The position numbers and the translations under genes were made by a program. Under the pieces are notes generated by a model. The model had not been told where the DNA came from and did no database searches. It saw nothing but the letters and a program-made list of their open reading frames with translations. Shown in pieces: positions 1 to 14,554 of a stretch of DNA of 64,000 bases. Position 1 is the first letter of the stretch. The number at the start of each line of letters is the position of its first letter. Where the stretch lies: the NCBI RefSeq assembly GCF_006345805.1, contig NC_042998.1, forward strand, positions 159,526,001 to 159,590,000. The letters run 5' to 3'. The DNA is from Octopus sinensis (lineage: Eukaryota).

Positions 1-704
1 TGCTTAACACAGAACTACAACCTTGTCAAAGAGGCAAGCTATGGAAATATGCATCCAATAAACAGTGACCACACATGTTTACCATCAAGGAATTGCTGGA
101 GATATCACTGCTTCAGCACATGCTTGTGCATCATCATCATCGTCATCATCCACAGCATGCCCAGCACCTGACACTGTGGGTGGTGACAGCAAACAGAGAG
201 CCTAACTAGTGGAATACATCGCTTTGAGAAAATGTGGCAAAGCAGACACTTTTGTCCGGTCAGATGTAAACTGAGATATGGCATGACAGTGAGATGGTAA
301 GAGTTGATGAAGACAATGAAGGCATTTGCCACCTCTTGCCTTTACTGTAAGGACTAACTTCCTTGTAGCTTTAGTTCAGTTGTTTGTAAAAAAGCTAACC
401 GAGAAAAGGTGGAGAGAGAGAAAATGAATGAGATAGGCAGAGACAAAAAGAGATGAAGTGGGAGGAATGGGGAAAGAAGCAAATCATGAAAAAAAGCCTT
501 GTTTTTAATGTCTTTAATGAAACTGTGAAGTAATAGTGAACAGTCTTACGAAATAGTAACAAAGAAAAACAGACATACTGATGATTCATTAGTAATTGCC
601 TATTAATTTCTAAGTTTTCCTTCTCTTGCTGATTGCTGTAGTTATAGCAGAGGTGTTGTTGTTGTCGTTGTTGCCGCTGCTGCTGGCGCCGCAGCTGCTG
701 TTGA

Positions 705-772
<68 letters not shown>

Positions 773-1301
773 CAGCTGTGCTATTGCTGCCACCATCAGT
801 ACCACCGCCACCACCATCACTAGTAGCAACAGCACATTAAACTCAAATTCAAAAATAAATTAGAAAATGTGACAAGAAGTGTGTTTTGGAAAACATTCAT
901 GTTAAAAAAGATTTTATTTCAGACAGAAGTAATTCATTTTTTATTCTTATTCTCAGCAGACTAGATATCATCATCATCATCATCACCATTATCATCATCA
1001 TCATCATTGTTGCCATCAATATTATCATTTTATCACTGCTATCATCATTATCAGCATTATTATTACAACCATTGTCACAACCACTATCAACATCATCCTC
1101 TTCAGCTAAAGAAGAGAGCCTCTATGTGGTTACGCCACAAGCAAGCAATAGTAGTAAAATCTCCCTCCAAACCATATATAAACAATCAGATAATCCACTT
1201 TATCAAACAACCTAATCCTGATTGTCAAATCTGCCAGAGATCCATCCATCTCTATTTATCTACTGCTCTCTTTCTTTCTCTCTCTCTCTCTCTCTCTCTC
1301 A

Positions 1302-1408
<107 letters not shown>

Positions 1409-1667
1409 GTATATATATCTCACTTTCTCCCCATCCATCATCCTCTTGTACTGTCTTATATTCCTCCCCACCACTACAAACTCAATACCACTATAAAATG
1501 GTCAAAGCTTTTTTCACAGGAACTTAGTTCGATTTGAAAACCCCACTAGAATGGGAGAAAGCGCTAATACATGATCTAAGTTATATGATGTATAAAAACA
1601 TGTAATATACAAATAAATATCTGTAAATATAAAACCATCCAAATTTCTGAGTACCTCATTTCTTCTA

Positions 1668-1752
<85 letters not shown>

Positions 1753-1984
1753 CATTATTGGATGGAGGCTTTGCTGCTATTGCTTGATGGTTGAGTGACC
1801 ACACATAGGCACACATGCACACACGTTTTTTTTAATGAATATTTAGCTGAAGTAATACTGTGACTCAAGGTCTGAGGGTTTCATGTGTTGACACTTACCT
1901 AACTAGTTGCAGGTCAAAGCCTTGTGAATTTATATATCTACAGCATGATTAGCTCTAATCAACATACCTATAAATATGAATGGA

Positions 1985-2366
1985 TGGAAGCACTCTGTCG
2001 GTTACGACGATGGGGGTTCCAGTTGATCCGATCAACGGAACAGCCTGCTCGTGAAATTAACGTGTAAGTGGCTGAGCACTCCACAGACATGTGTACCTTT
2101 AACGTAGTTATCAGGGATATTCAGCGTGACACAGAGAGTAACAAGGCCGGCCCTTTGAAATACAGGTACAACAGAAACAGGAAGTAAGAGTGAGAGAAAG
2201 TTGTGGCGAAAGAGTACAGCAGGGATCATCACCATCCCCTGCCGGAGCCTCGTGGAGCTTTAGGTGTTTTCGCTCAATAAACACTCACAACGCCCGGTCC
2301 AGGAATCGAAACCGCGATCCTACGACCGCGAGTCCGCTGCCCTAACCACTGGGCCATTGCGCCTCC

Positions 2367-2367
<1 letters not shown>
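1985..2367 (-). mobile_element. tRNA-derived SINE (Octopus-type), well preserved
   Basis: Minus-strand head GGAGGCGCAATGGCCCAGTGGTTAGGGC...GGTTTCGATTCC contains A- and B-box-like motifs. The body is shared with 28080-28380, 45110-45410 and 61790-61990. Confidence 0.85.
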
Positions 2368-2453
<86 letters not shown>

Positions 2454-3193
2454 TATAAGCTTACTTAGAAATAGATGCATGGCGTTCAATCATACAATGA
2501 TATAAGTAAAATATATATATATATGCATATACACATACCTACATATATATGCATATATTGGTACAGGACATCACAAAACATAAACATGAAATATGACATA
2601 TGAAAACAACATGAAATACAAAGAACTTCGGCATGCGAATGAGAGAAACAAAGGGCAAACAAGACAAGTAACATAAAGAACGACCCTTCATCAGTTGTCA
2701 GCCGTCCATCTACTCATTTCGAGCAATTAACGCCAATATGAGGCCTTGAAAGGCAGTTGCTCCCACAAAAGCCAAAATAAAATTTGGGATTTGCAGAGGG
2801 TCAAAGTTGGTAACAAAATCAGGACAGTTGAGACATACAACAAACCAAATGAAAACAAACATGGAAGGCTATTAGGCCAGACGAGGTAAGGTAGTAAACG
2901 CTGGAGGAATATTGTCTTTGACAAGAGAAGAGATAGAAGAGGAGACAGATAAGAATGTGTCTGGTCTGTAAGACAGAATGAAAGAAAAGAAAGATTATCA
3001 CATAAGGAAAAGAAAGATGGAGATGGTCACGTGTGAGCAACAAGAGAGAGTAAAGGAGAAAAAGAGAGAGAGAGACAGATAGAAAATGAAGGGGAGAAAA
3101 AGAATTAGAGAAAGGAAGAGAGAGAAAACGAAAGGGGGAGAGAGAACAGTACAGAGTAGAGTGGCATGTGTGAATATATATATATATATTATA

Positions 3194-3241
<48 letters not shown>

Positions 3242-3340
3242 GTGTGTGTCTGTGTGTGTGTACATGTGTGTGCATGTGTGTGTGTGTGAGTGTGCATATG
3301 TGTGTGTATGCATGTGTGTGTATTTTTTATTAATATTTAG

Positions 3341-3575
3341 CAGAAACAATATTCAGCATCCATCAAGATGCTTTCTCAGTAGCCTATACATTGTTCTTGT
3401 CGGCTCTTCAGCTTATTTGTGGGATGTCCAGGGCTCAAAAGTTTTTCCCACGAGAGTTCCGGACCCCAGTAATGAACTCATTTGCATACGGGCAATCAGA
3501 ACTCAGCTTGAAAATCCACATACTGTGTACTACTACAGCACAGCCAGGTAGACATAGAATGGGGTATGCCACTCT
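3341..3575 (+). other. Candidate coding exon of an unidentified gene
   Basis: Complex non-repetitive sequence with an AG acceptor, an open frame (ETIFSIHQDAF...MGYATL) and a GTGAGT donor. No recognised homology. Confidence 0.25.
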
Positions 3576-4156
3576 GTGAGTACAGCATAGCATGTCTCAC
3601 TTAAGCACCATCCCCCCTCCACATCTTTATAGATCAATTGAGCACCATCTCTATATGGAGCTAACATTAGGTACCTATGCTGAGACTGAGATAAGTGATA
3701 CTGCATGTGCCCATTGATAGGAGGGTGCAATACGACACAACACCATATTGATTATGTTTCCAGATCAACACCAACATTTTCAATTAGGAAAGTACAAAAT
3801 CAGTTAAAAAATTAGGAAACTACACTCATTTACATTTTCTAGTAAATTACACAAATTGGCAGCACTTATGACATCATTGGTGTGCAGCTCTCCATTCACT
3901 TTATACACTACATTTCACATTTGTCACCCCTATTAACCTGTTTAGAACAATTAGATTTTGCTGTAACACACATTTTCCACTGAACTCAACCAGAGTATTT
4001 TCGTGACTAGGTGGACTCTAGTTTGATAGTTGAGCTCTGATTGGCTGTATGCAAATGAGTTTATGACTGGGGTCCAGAACTGTCATGTGAAAAAAAATTC
4101 ACATCCAAGGCTCCCATAGGCTATATATATGTATATATATGTCTCTCTCTCTCTCC

Positions 4157-4209
<53 letters not shown>

Positions 4210-5269
4210 TGTATGTATTTAGATATGCATGTGTGTGAGTGTATGTGTGCACATATATATCTTTTACTTGTTTCATTCAATGGACTGTGGTCATGCTGGA
4301 GTACTGCATTGAAGGGTTTTAGTTGAACAGATGGACCACTACTTATTTTTTAAGTTTGGTACTTATTCTGTCAGTTTCTTTTGCCAAGTGACTATGCTAT
4401 ACTGTGGGGACATTAACAAACCAAAACCAGTTGTCAAGTGGGGGAGGGATTAAAGTCAAGTTGAAAGACACACACAGAAATATATATACGTTTTCGTCTC
4501 TTGTATTCACATCCGTCTTGTGCGTTCACATTCCTGTCTTCTACCAAGAAATCTAATGCTTACAGCTTAGTTTTTTTTCTTGGGGCTGGCCGAGTTGGAG
4601 CAAATATCAGAATTGAACAGCCGAAATTTGCTATGATGATTCGGTGTCTGACTGAAGATTGAAGGCTTCGAATGATTTGTCTGTGTTCCGTGTTCGTCCC
4701 TTCCTGTATTTCACGTTCATTATATATAAAAACATTCATTTATATATATATATAGATACATATATATTTATGATGGATTTCTACAGTTTCTGAATAACTA
4801 AATTCACTCACAATGCATTGGTTAACCCAGCAGGTAGAGTAGAAGACACTTGACCATGATACCATGTTGTGGAAATGAACTTGAAACCATATCATTGTAA
4901 ATTAAGTTACTTAACTACACAGCCATGCCTGCACCTATATATTTATATATATATAATTTGCATAATGTATATTGTATATTGCATATTTGTTTGTATGTTC
5001 ATTTTCTGCTTGTTAGGTCCCTTGTTCATTTGCTAACCATTTACTAGTGGCTTCTCATTGCTGACGCCACCAAAGGAGATCAATATCATCAGTAAAGGCA
5101 TGAAATCGATGCAATCCTTTGGACAATAACTGATGAGGATTTGGTGACATTCTGTGTGTGTTTTCCATTTGTTTGTGCTTCTATATATTGTGCGTGCTTT
5201 TTGAACAAATTTAATGTAACGTCACTCACCATCTTGTTTTGTTAATATTCTATGAATTCATATATTTTG

Positions 5270-5431
5270 GAGCAGGTATGGCTGTGTGGTAAGGAGCTTG
5301 CTCCCCAACCACATGGTTCCAGGTTCACTCCTACTGTATAATCACCTTGGACAAGTGTCCTCTACTATAGCCTCAGGCTGACCAAAGCCTTGTGAGTGGA
5401 TTTGGTAGACAGAAACAGTAAGAAGTCCATC

Positions 5432-5504
<73 letters not shown>

Positions 5505-5650
5505 TCTTTGTATCTGTGTTTACATCCCAATAACTTTGGGAAAAGAGATTCATAGAATAAATACTAGGTTTAAAAAAATAAATCCTGGGGTTGAGTTGTT
5601 CAACTAAAACCCTTCAAGGCGGAGCTCCAGTATAGCCATAGTCAAATGAT
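5270..5650 (+). mobile_element. Second abundant SINE family with an internal (TG)n. Related copies at about 4270-4470, 14100-14400, 27217-27620, 28400-28660, 36690-36900, 50630-50990, 51770-52140, 55370-55770 and 63040-63390
   Basis: Recurrent blocks GGCTGTGTGGTAAGAAGCTTGCTTCCCAACCAC, AAGCCTTGTGAGTGGATTTGGTAGACAGAAACTGAAAGAAGCCC and CCAGCATGGCCGCAGTCAAATGACTG on either strand. Confidence 0.8.
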
Positions 5651-5959
5651 ATTGACTCCTTACTTGTTTTTCTGAAATGCACCATAAATGTTCAATAATA
5701 TTGAGATCTGGGGACTGTGGTGGCCAGATAAGATGTTCAACTTCACTAGAATGTTCCTTGTGCCATTCAGTAACAATTTTAGCAGTGTGAATTGGTGAAT
5801 TATCATCCTGAAAGATTGCGTTTCCCTCTGGAAACAGTTACACAACCATAGAATGAATTTGATCAGATAAAATGCTTAAATAGTTTTGACTATTAATTCT
5901 GCCATGAATGGAAACCAATGGGCTGGTGGATTTCCAAGATATAGCCCCCCCCCCCCGAT

Positions 5960-6679
5960 AATTACAAATCCTCCTCCATGTTTAATAGTTGGAAGAAGGC
6001 AGTTTGGGTCAAATGCTTCTTTTGGCTGTCTCCACACATATACTCAGCTGGTGGTTGGAAATAAGATAAAGAATGACTCGTCTGAGAAAATAACATTCTT
6101 CCACTGCTCTGAAGACCAATTCTGTAGGTTTTTACTCCACTCTTAATGCTTTGCAACATTTGTTTTTGAAAGTAATGGTTTTCTGATTGCAGCCCTCCCA
6201 TGAAATCTGGCTTTGTTCCCAGCAAACAGTTTTTGTGGAAACTGGGTTCTCGAGGTGGTCATTAAGCTCTGCAGTAATTCTGGGAGCTGTACTTTTGTGA
6301 TCCTTTCTAACAATCTGAGTAAGAGTCCGACAGTCGTATCTGAAAGCTTTGTTTTTTCTTCCAGAGTTTTGTTTTGACAAGGAGGTTTTGCCCAGGCTGT
6401 CATAACTTTTGAGACAGTACTTCTTGATACACCAAACATTTCAGATGTTTTCGTTAAGCTAGCGCCTGCCATACAAGCACCAACGATTTGACCTCTTTGA
6501 AAGTCCAATAGATCTATCATTTTAGCTTTTTCTGATGATATCTGAAAAGAAACAGCAATTTAAACAAAACGTATTAAGTAACACTAACGATAAATCAAAA
6601 AATAAACAAGCTTTTGTTGATATTTCAAAAATTATGATGCTATGATGCTAGGTGTTTCCATTATTTTGTCCAACCCCTG
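5960..6679 (-). mobile_element. Tc1-family transposon remnant (5' half, internally disrupted)
   Basis: TA + TIR CAGGGGTTGGACAAAATAATGGAAACACC (6651-6679). Peptides LLDFQRGQIVGACMAGAS, NSGRK, WKNVIFSDESF and PTIKHGG. Confidence 0.9.
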
Positions 6680-6687
6680 TATTTGTG

Positions 6688-6746
<59 letters not shown>

Positions 6747-6932
6747 TGTGTGTATGCGTACGTGCGTGTATGTGTGTTTGTATAAACAATTGCAGCAAGG
6801 AAGATGTTTATAAGCCATTTAAAAACACACAAAAACTGTTAGATTCATTTGAACATTTAAATTTAATTTGTCAAAATATTTTCGTCACTTTGAAACCACG
6901 ACCTGTTGACTGACAAAATATCGTCTCCATAA

Positions 6933-6998
<66 letters not shown>

Positions 6999-7614
6999 TG
7001 TTTTATTTTTTGATAGGTGAAAATGAGTGTGGAAGTGTATACATATTTCATGGGGTTTGAATTCGTATGGTATTTCTTGTTTTGTGTCTATGTCCATAGT
7101 ATGTATGTATGTGTGTGTGTGCGCGCGCACGCGTGTGTAGTGGTGGTGGTAGGGCATGCACATGTAAATCTACTTGTTGCCTGTTCCTGTGTCTTATCAT
7201 ATCAAAGTATGTCATAGTTCTGTAGTGGTATGCTTACTTTTTGTTCTTTTCTCTGTGTGAAAGGATTTAATAAATCCAGCCACACACCTCTTCATACACA
7301 CATATCTGTCCATCCATCCATCTATACATACATACATACACACACACCTGTCTTCATCTTTTGTTTTCTGTAATTTTGAACTATATATATATATATATGT
7401 TAAGATTTAGCAGAAGCAGTGCTAACACTTGAAACTCCAGAACTTTGAGTCACTTTGTTGCTTCTGCTGAATATTAATAAAAGTATGCAAAAATATACAT
7501 ATACTCATTTTGAGTTCTAGTTTTCTTGCTTGCACCAACATACCTATATATATATATTTTTTTTTCTAGTTTCAGCTCAGAGCTGCAGCCATGCTGATGC
7601 ACCGACATTTCCTC

Positions 7615-7727
7615 GTGGTGCTTTAGGTGTTTTCGCTCAATAAACACTCACAAGGCCCGGTCTGGGAATCAAAACCGCGATCCTACAACCGCGAGTCCAC
7701 TGCCCTAACCACTGGGCCATTGCGTCT

Positions 7728-7729
<2 letters not shown>
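7615..7729 (-). mobile_element. Truncated copy (tRNA head) of the 1985-2367 SINE
   Basis: Near-identical to about 2265-2367. Confidence 0.85.
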
Positions 7730-7776
<47 letters not shown>

Positions 7777-8390
7777 TGTATATATATGATTATGCACATA
7801 TATGCATACATACAGAGTGGTTGTTGCACACACACACACTTACATACATGCACACGCACACACACATACATACACCCACACCCACATGCACCTATGTTGT
7901 TGGTGGGAGAATTTACATCTGGTGGGGGATGGTGGTGGGGTGATGGTGGTGGTATTATTGTTTGGTGGTGGTGGTGGTGGTGGTGGTGGTAACAGAAATG
8001 GAATTATATCTAATTCTGCCTTCCATTCTTTTAGTTAAGCTAAGGGTAGTTTCACCTATATATATTATAGTGGCAGTCTTGCAGTCACCTTCCACACATT
8101 TCATCTGGTATACCCCATTCCTAATTTTACAATTTAATCTTAGGATTTATTTTATATACCACTTATATATTGATATACTAAAGCTGAAATGCATTATGCT
8201 GTCACATGATTAGCTGAAGGGGAAAATGGAGAACAAGAGAGAAAGGAGAGAGAGAGAAGTGTTAACGATGTGAGGTAAGAGAAACATAGTAGTTATTACA
8301 TGGTTAAAAAGTTAGTTGAAGAGAGTGATATAGAGAAACAGAGTTAGAAAGAGAATGTTTAGCATAGGGGTGATGTTCTGGGGCTGGTGT

Positions 8391-8425
<35 letters not shown>

Positions 8426-9307
8426 GTGGTGGTGGAAATGACAGTGGCGAGTAGATAGTGAAAAATGTAGTTGGTTTTAATTGAACTAAATTTTTTAAAT
8501 CGCCTCTCACTTAAAGCATGCACATAAGTGCAATTATTTATCATATGATCACTTGAAAATTGATATTCATTTATAAAATATGGATGACAGGCAATGTAAG
8601 CTAATAAGAGAAAGGATGAGATGATATAAGCAACAGTGTAAAGAAAGCAGGTCAAATCACAAGAACAAACACATGAGCATAAGCATGAAAGAAGTAAAAT
8701 ATGAATCAAAAAGTATATAGTATTTACAATTGCTAAGAGAATGTGTTCAAGATAGAAAAGAAAATGAAAATAAGAGAGAAGGTCAAAAAAGCTGTAAAAA
8801 AATGGTTGAAAGTTACAACATTGGTGATATGAATATTCTCTGTAATCATTATGAAGCTCTTAGATTTAAAAATAAACTTCTGAAGTGCTGAAAGAATGAG
8901 AAAGTCATGATCCTTTAATTACAGCCTTATCCAGAACTGAAAGTAGTTTTTAAATGAAAATTATGCAGAATATACAATTTATAAAGGAACACTAATTTTT
9001 ATGGCTCTAAATAAACTTACAACCATCTAAAACATTTTGTATTTACCATGTAATTTCCACAGGTACTGCTAGTATAATTATTATTGGTACAGCTGGTCCA
9101 ATCAAAAGATGTTGTACAATTTCTCTGTGGTCTAAACCAGGGATTTCCAAATACTGGGCTGAGAACCAGTGCCAGGCCATGGGTCATTTCCTGGCATGTC
9201 ACCCAGAAAGAATATATTTTTAAATTTTATTCTTGTTTTATTGTTTATTGCAGTCTGTAACATATTTTTGCATTATGTGTGTATTATATATGTAATATAT
9301 ATATATG

Positions 9308-9369
<62 letters not shown>

Positions 9370-9464
9370 ATCCAAGCAAAGAAGGATGAACAAGAAAGAG
9401 CAATAACGCAAGGATGTAGTGCAAGTACTGTAATATAAGATGCTCAGGAAAGGAAGGAAAGAGG

Positions 9465-9499
9465 ATTTAACGTTTCGAGCCAAGTTCTTCATCAGAAAT
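9465..9499 (-). ncRNA. Minimal type-I hammerhead motif in a probable PLE-tail remnant
   Basis: Minus strand reads ATTT-CTGATGA-AGAACTTGGCTC-GAA-ACGT-T-AAAT. Stem I is 4 bp, stem III is the palindrome ACGT, and stem II has one mismatch. Confidence 0.6.
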
Positions 9500-10814
9500 G
9501 GAGGAAAGTCCAAAGGAAGGGAAGACAGAAGAAGAAATCATAAATGATACACACACGGTTATATTTTGAAATGACCAGAAGGTAATGGGTGAAAAATAGT
9601 TCTTCCTTAGACAGGAGAGTGCAAGAGAAGGAAATATGTGTGTGCATGTGTGAGTATGTGCATGCTTGCAAGTCTGTGTGTGTGTGTTTGTGTGTGTGTG
9701 TAATAATAACACGTGTATGTGCATGTGTGCATGTGTGACTTTGGCTGTTTATATGTGTATGTGTGTTTTGGGACTTTGTGTAGCTTAATGTCATAGGAAG
9801 AATTTACTGTAGGAATTTTAGGTAGGAGTGGCTGTCTTTTGTGTGTCTTCCTTCACATGTGCCTAGGAGAATGGTCAGAAGAAAGGTGTTTAACTGGTAG
9901 TTTGAAGTATGTGTGTGTGCATGTATGCATATATTGTGTGTGTGTGCTTTGAGTGCAGTGTGTGCCTCTGTGTGTGTGTGTGTATTCATGGGGTTGTGTG
10001 GGTGGTTGTGTCTGCAGAGCAAATGTGCATTACTCTGTGTGTGAATGCATGTTTGTGCATGTATGTACGTGTGTGTGTATGTCCATGTATGTATGTACCA
10101 GTGTGTGTTGTGTGTGGGGGAAGTATGTGTGGGTTCATTTACATGTGCGTATATACATACATATATATAGTTATATATATATACACACACATACACACAC
10201 ACACATATATATATATACATATATATAATCATATATATATATACACACACATATATGTATACATATATATATATACATATATAAATATATACACACACAC
10301 ACATACACACACAAATATATATATATATAATTTAATTATATGCTATGCACTTCATTGTGTTTTATTATGTACATGATCCTCTCCACTTACTGGAGTCTTG
10401 CATGAAACCAATCTGTTGTGCAAATAAGATTGGGGACCACTTATCTAAAGGATCAGGTTGGTTTTTCAATTACTTTAATCTTGAGCATCACTTAGTGCTT
10501 TCCTAAATTTATGGCCAAGTTCACTTTTAAGAGCAATATTAATAAACATTACTTCTCGAAACCTTTCACTTTTATAACATAACATAAATCTGTCTTCTCT
10601 ACTTTTTTATTTATTCTTTCTCACATAGCCCATGATTTTTATCCATATTGAGGACAAAATCTATTTGTATTATCTCTTATGATGTTTTCTAACCTTTTCC
10701 AGACCTTTTAGAACACCCTGACCCTGTCCTTTTGGCTGTATCCAAAGAACTGCACATAGTGGACAAAATCTTGCATATGTTTCATTAATTTACAGGCTTG
10801 GTACATGAGGTATA

Positions 10815-12095
10815 CAAGGTGGCATCAAAAAGTTCCTGGACTAGTTCTGTAGCATGCCAACAGATGGCAGTACATGGGTGTGTTCACAGTGAGAGGGTGC
10901 TGAATGACATTACTACGTTTATTTCACAAGTTGTGAAATTTTTGTTTTTGTGATCATGTGTATGCTGTAGTCAGCGATTTTTCATGGACTGGAACAAAGA
11001 GCCAACGTGAAATTTTGTGTTAAACATGCAGCATGCTTCAGCAAGCTTACAGTGACGAGACGATGGGTCATATGCAACATTTCAAGTGGCACAGGCATTT
11101 CAAAAGGGGCAGAACATCCCTGGAAGACAATGAGAGATCTGGAGGACAATGAGAGGTCTGGAAGACAATGAGAGATCTGGAAGACAATGAGAGATCTGGA
11201 AGACAATGAGAGATCTGGAAGACAATGAGAGATCTGGAGGACAATGAGAGGTCTGGAAGACAATGAGAGATCTGGAAGACAATGAGAGATCTGAAGGACA
11301 ATGAGAGATCTGGAAGACAATGAGAGATCTGGAAGACAATGAGAGATCTGGAGGACAATGAGAGGTCTGGAAGACAATGAGAGATCTGGAAGACAATGAG
11401 AGATCTGGAAGACAATGAGAGATCTGGAGGACAATGAGAGATATGGAAAACAATGAGGGATCTGGAAGACAATGAGAAATCTGGAGGACAATGAGAGATC
11501 TGAAGGACAATGAGAGATCTGGAAGACAATGAGAGATCTGGAGGACAATGAGAGATCTGGAAGACAATGAGAGATCTGGAAAACAATGTGGGATCTGGAA
11601 GACAATGAGAAATCTGGAAGACAATGAGAGATCTGGAAGACAATGAGAGATCTGGAAGAACTGCCACAAGTGTCACCTCTGGAAATGTGGTATTGTGCAT
11701 CAAGAATTCATTCCCCAAGATCAGACTGTCAATCAAGATTTCTACTGTGATGTTTTGAAGTGTTTGAGGGAGGACATTCGGCAAATGCGATGGGATCTGC
11801 AGAGACTGAAGTACTGGATTCTTTACTAAGCTCTCCTCACTCATTTTTTTCTTGCCAAAAACAACATATATCACTTCAGCACCTGCCCTATTCATTATAT
11901 TTAGCCCCTACAGACTTCCATCTCTTCCCCAAGATGAAAATACAGCTCAAAAGTCACCATTTTAACACTTGTCGTGATCCAGAGTGAATCACAGAAGCTC
12001 TTTGACTTGCTTATGAAAAACGACTTCCAGGTCAGATTCCCAAAGTGGCAGGGCTGTTGAGACTAGTGTATTGTGGTACAAGGTGACTATTTTGA
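10815..12095 (+). mobile_element. Mariner transposon remnant, internally deleted, carrying a minisatellite expansion
   Basis: TA + CAAGGTGGCATCAAAAAGTTCC end. Peptides EQRANVKFCVK, KWHRHFKRGRTSLEDNERSGR, GIVHQEFIPQDQTVNQDFY, HLPYSLYLAPTDFHLFPKMK and QGDYF. No right TIR was seen. Confidence 0.88.
11122..11653 (+). repeat. Minisatellite, 28 x 19 bp (GGAAGACAATGAGAGATCT)
   Basis: 532 bp equals 28 units; variant units include GGAGGAC...GGTCT and GAAGGAC. The 19-aa periodicity in the minus-strand ORFs agrees. Confidence 0.97.
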
Positions 12096-14067
12096 TATTA
12101 CCTCGTATATATTATTCATTACTCTCACTGAGCCTGCTACCGGTATATAGATAGATATTTTATTTTCAGATATAGCAGAGATCATGTGCATTATGAATTT
12201 GGTGGTCATGAGTTTCACAAAATGTCAATAGAAGACCAGTCTTTTGTTATTTATTGTTTCTGGCCAGATTTCAGTATCACATTGGCACAATCTGTGAACA
12301 TAAACATTGATTAAACAAGACAAAAAATACTCAAACACTGATGTAACACACACACACACACTCACAGCAGTAAAAGCAGTCTGATTGATCAACTGATCAA
12401 ACGATTAGTCAAGTAATCAATTAGTTAATTGAGAAATTAGTGAATTTGGCGACTAATGACAACAAAGAAAACAGAATAGTGTGTTTGTGTGTGTGGTGTG
12501 TGTGTGTGTGTGTGTTGTGTGTGTGTGTGTGTTGTGTGTGTGTGTGTGTATTGATGAAAGGTGCTTCCCAAGATACAAATACCCCTAAACAAAGCCAGCC
12601 ATGATACAAGAAAATTTATTGAAAAGAACTAAGATGTTTTGCAAACAACTTGCACATGCAAGTACTACCAGTCAAGAACTCCACATACTGGAAGCCAGCA
12701 AGTGTATGGGGTCATCAGGAGAGAACTGAAGTACCTTTTCTTTGCAGCCCACAAGGAAATTTATACAAACAAATAGATGAAGATAACATGCATTCCATCC
12801 TAGGATCTATGTGTACAACATTCTACCTATTCACAATAGAAAACAGAATAATACCAAAACATAAACACATTATATACACTAGATAGGTAGATTATTCATT
12901 AGCTGTAATGAATACACTTGAGGAAGTTGAGAGATGAAAGGAAGGCCTATAAACAACTCTGTACTAAATTTTAACTCTCAGAATAATCGAATGAAACACC
13001 ATTTTTAGATATAAAATCTGTTACATGAACAAAATGCACAAAAACTAACAAACACATGAACATATAATAAAAACCCTTGTACAATGCAATGCAAAATGCA
13101 TCACACACGATCATATACTTAAAATAATAACATATGACAAAACCACTAAAACCTAATTCCCTGTTATCAGTAGTACACTACAAATATGTGAGCCGAAGAA
13201 CAAAGGGCAGAACCAAAGAACAAAGAATATGCTCGATAAATTTGACAGTTAAACTAAAAGTTGTAAACTTCAGGACTCTAGCAGTCATATTTGACAGACT
13301 GGCGCAACACTTTCATGTAGGATCACCATGCACTTACAACATGGAGCTATTACACAACATTACACCACACTCTGCAAAATGAAATTCAATAGAAAAATAC
13401 TTCAGGAAAATATTTACGTACTTTATAAAATTCTACATAAAAATATATGATTTAATTTAGTAAAAACCATATGGCAATACAATGTGCACAAACACAAGAA
13501 TAAAAAAAATTAACATGTACCTACTGACACAAAAAGATTAAAACAAATCTAACAGTCAAAATTTGACCGCAACAAACAAATCAATACCTGACTGCTGAGG
13601 CATAATGCTAACAGTCAAAAACCTGTAGGGGGAAAGTCTACATAAATTCAATCAGTATATATATGAAACAACACGAACACCAAATATATTCGATTCAATC
13701 CTTGATAATGAGGCAGTAAAGATTTAGAAACGTCAGATATGGATTTAGAATCTCTACTGTTCAAAACCAACTGTAAAAAGCTGATAAGAAAATATGAAAA
13801 ATGTGGAAAATTTTTATTTTATATTTTCTACATAAGAAGAAACTTGAATATAGGTGCAGGTACGGCTATGTGGTAAGAAATTTGCTTCCCCACCACACAG
13901 TTCTGAGTTCAATTCCACTGCATATGTATACATTTATTTCTATACATATAGATGTATATGTATACATGTATATGTGTAGATGTATATATGGAGAGAGAGA
14001 TGTACATGTAATATGTACACATATATATTCACATATATACATGCATACATATATACACCCATACACA

Positions 14068-14107
<40 letters not shown>

Positions 14108-14510
14108 TAGGTACAGGTGTGGCTGTGTGGTAACAAACTTTGTTCCAAAACACATTGTCCTGGGTTCAGTCCCACTGTGTGGTGACTTGGCATGTGTCTT
14201 CTGCTATAGCCCCAGACCAACCAAAGCCTTGTCAGTGAATTTTGTAGACAGAAACTGAAAGAAATCAATCATATATATATATATGTATGTATATATGTAA
14301 GTCTGTGTGTGTGTCTTTGTGTTTCTCCCTCATCACTGCCTCACAACTGGTGTTCGTTTATTTACATCCCCATAACTTACTGGTTTCACAAGAAAGAAAC
14401 TGATAGAATAAGTACCAGGCTTATCAAAATAAAAAAAACCACTAGGCAGTATCTCATATTTTTGTTTGCCCACACAATTTATCTTTGTGTGTGTTTGTGT
14501 GTTTGTATGT

Positions 14511-14550
<40 letters not shown>

Positions 14551-14554
<4 letters not shown>

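Noticed and set aside
105-332. 75-aa minus-strand ORF and a nearby + strand GTAAGA donor-like site
   Set aside because: No recognisable domain, and all + frames contain stops; not supportable at the window edge.
2300-2367. tRNA gene
   Set aside because: The A/B-box head continues into a SINE body and recurs at 7615-7729; it is a SINE head, not a tRNA.
2480-2930. CTGATGA/CTGAAGA words in probable PLE-tail remnants (also about 4590-4720 and 5050-5200)
   Set aside because: No correctly placed GAAA and stems, so no hammerhead can be built.
11122-11653. CRISPR-like regular array
   Set aside because: Head-to-tail tandem units with no unique spacers, in eukaryotic DNA with no cas genes.
10982-11895. 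Three long minus-strand ORFs (207, 275, 189 aa) with SSRSLIVFQISHCLPDLSL repeats
   Set aside because: They are antisense read-through of the 19-bp minisatellite inside a mariner, not a repeat protein.
12640-13800. Possible decayed LINE (VNFRTLAVIFDRL resembles YLGVIFD)
   Set aside because: Only one weak motif; it cannot be classified by eye.
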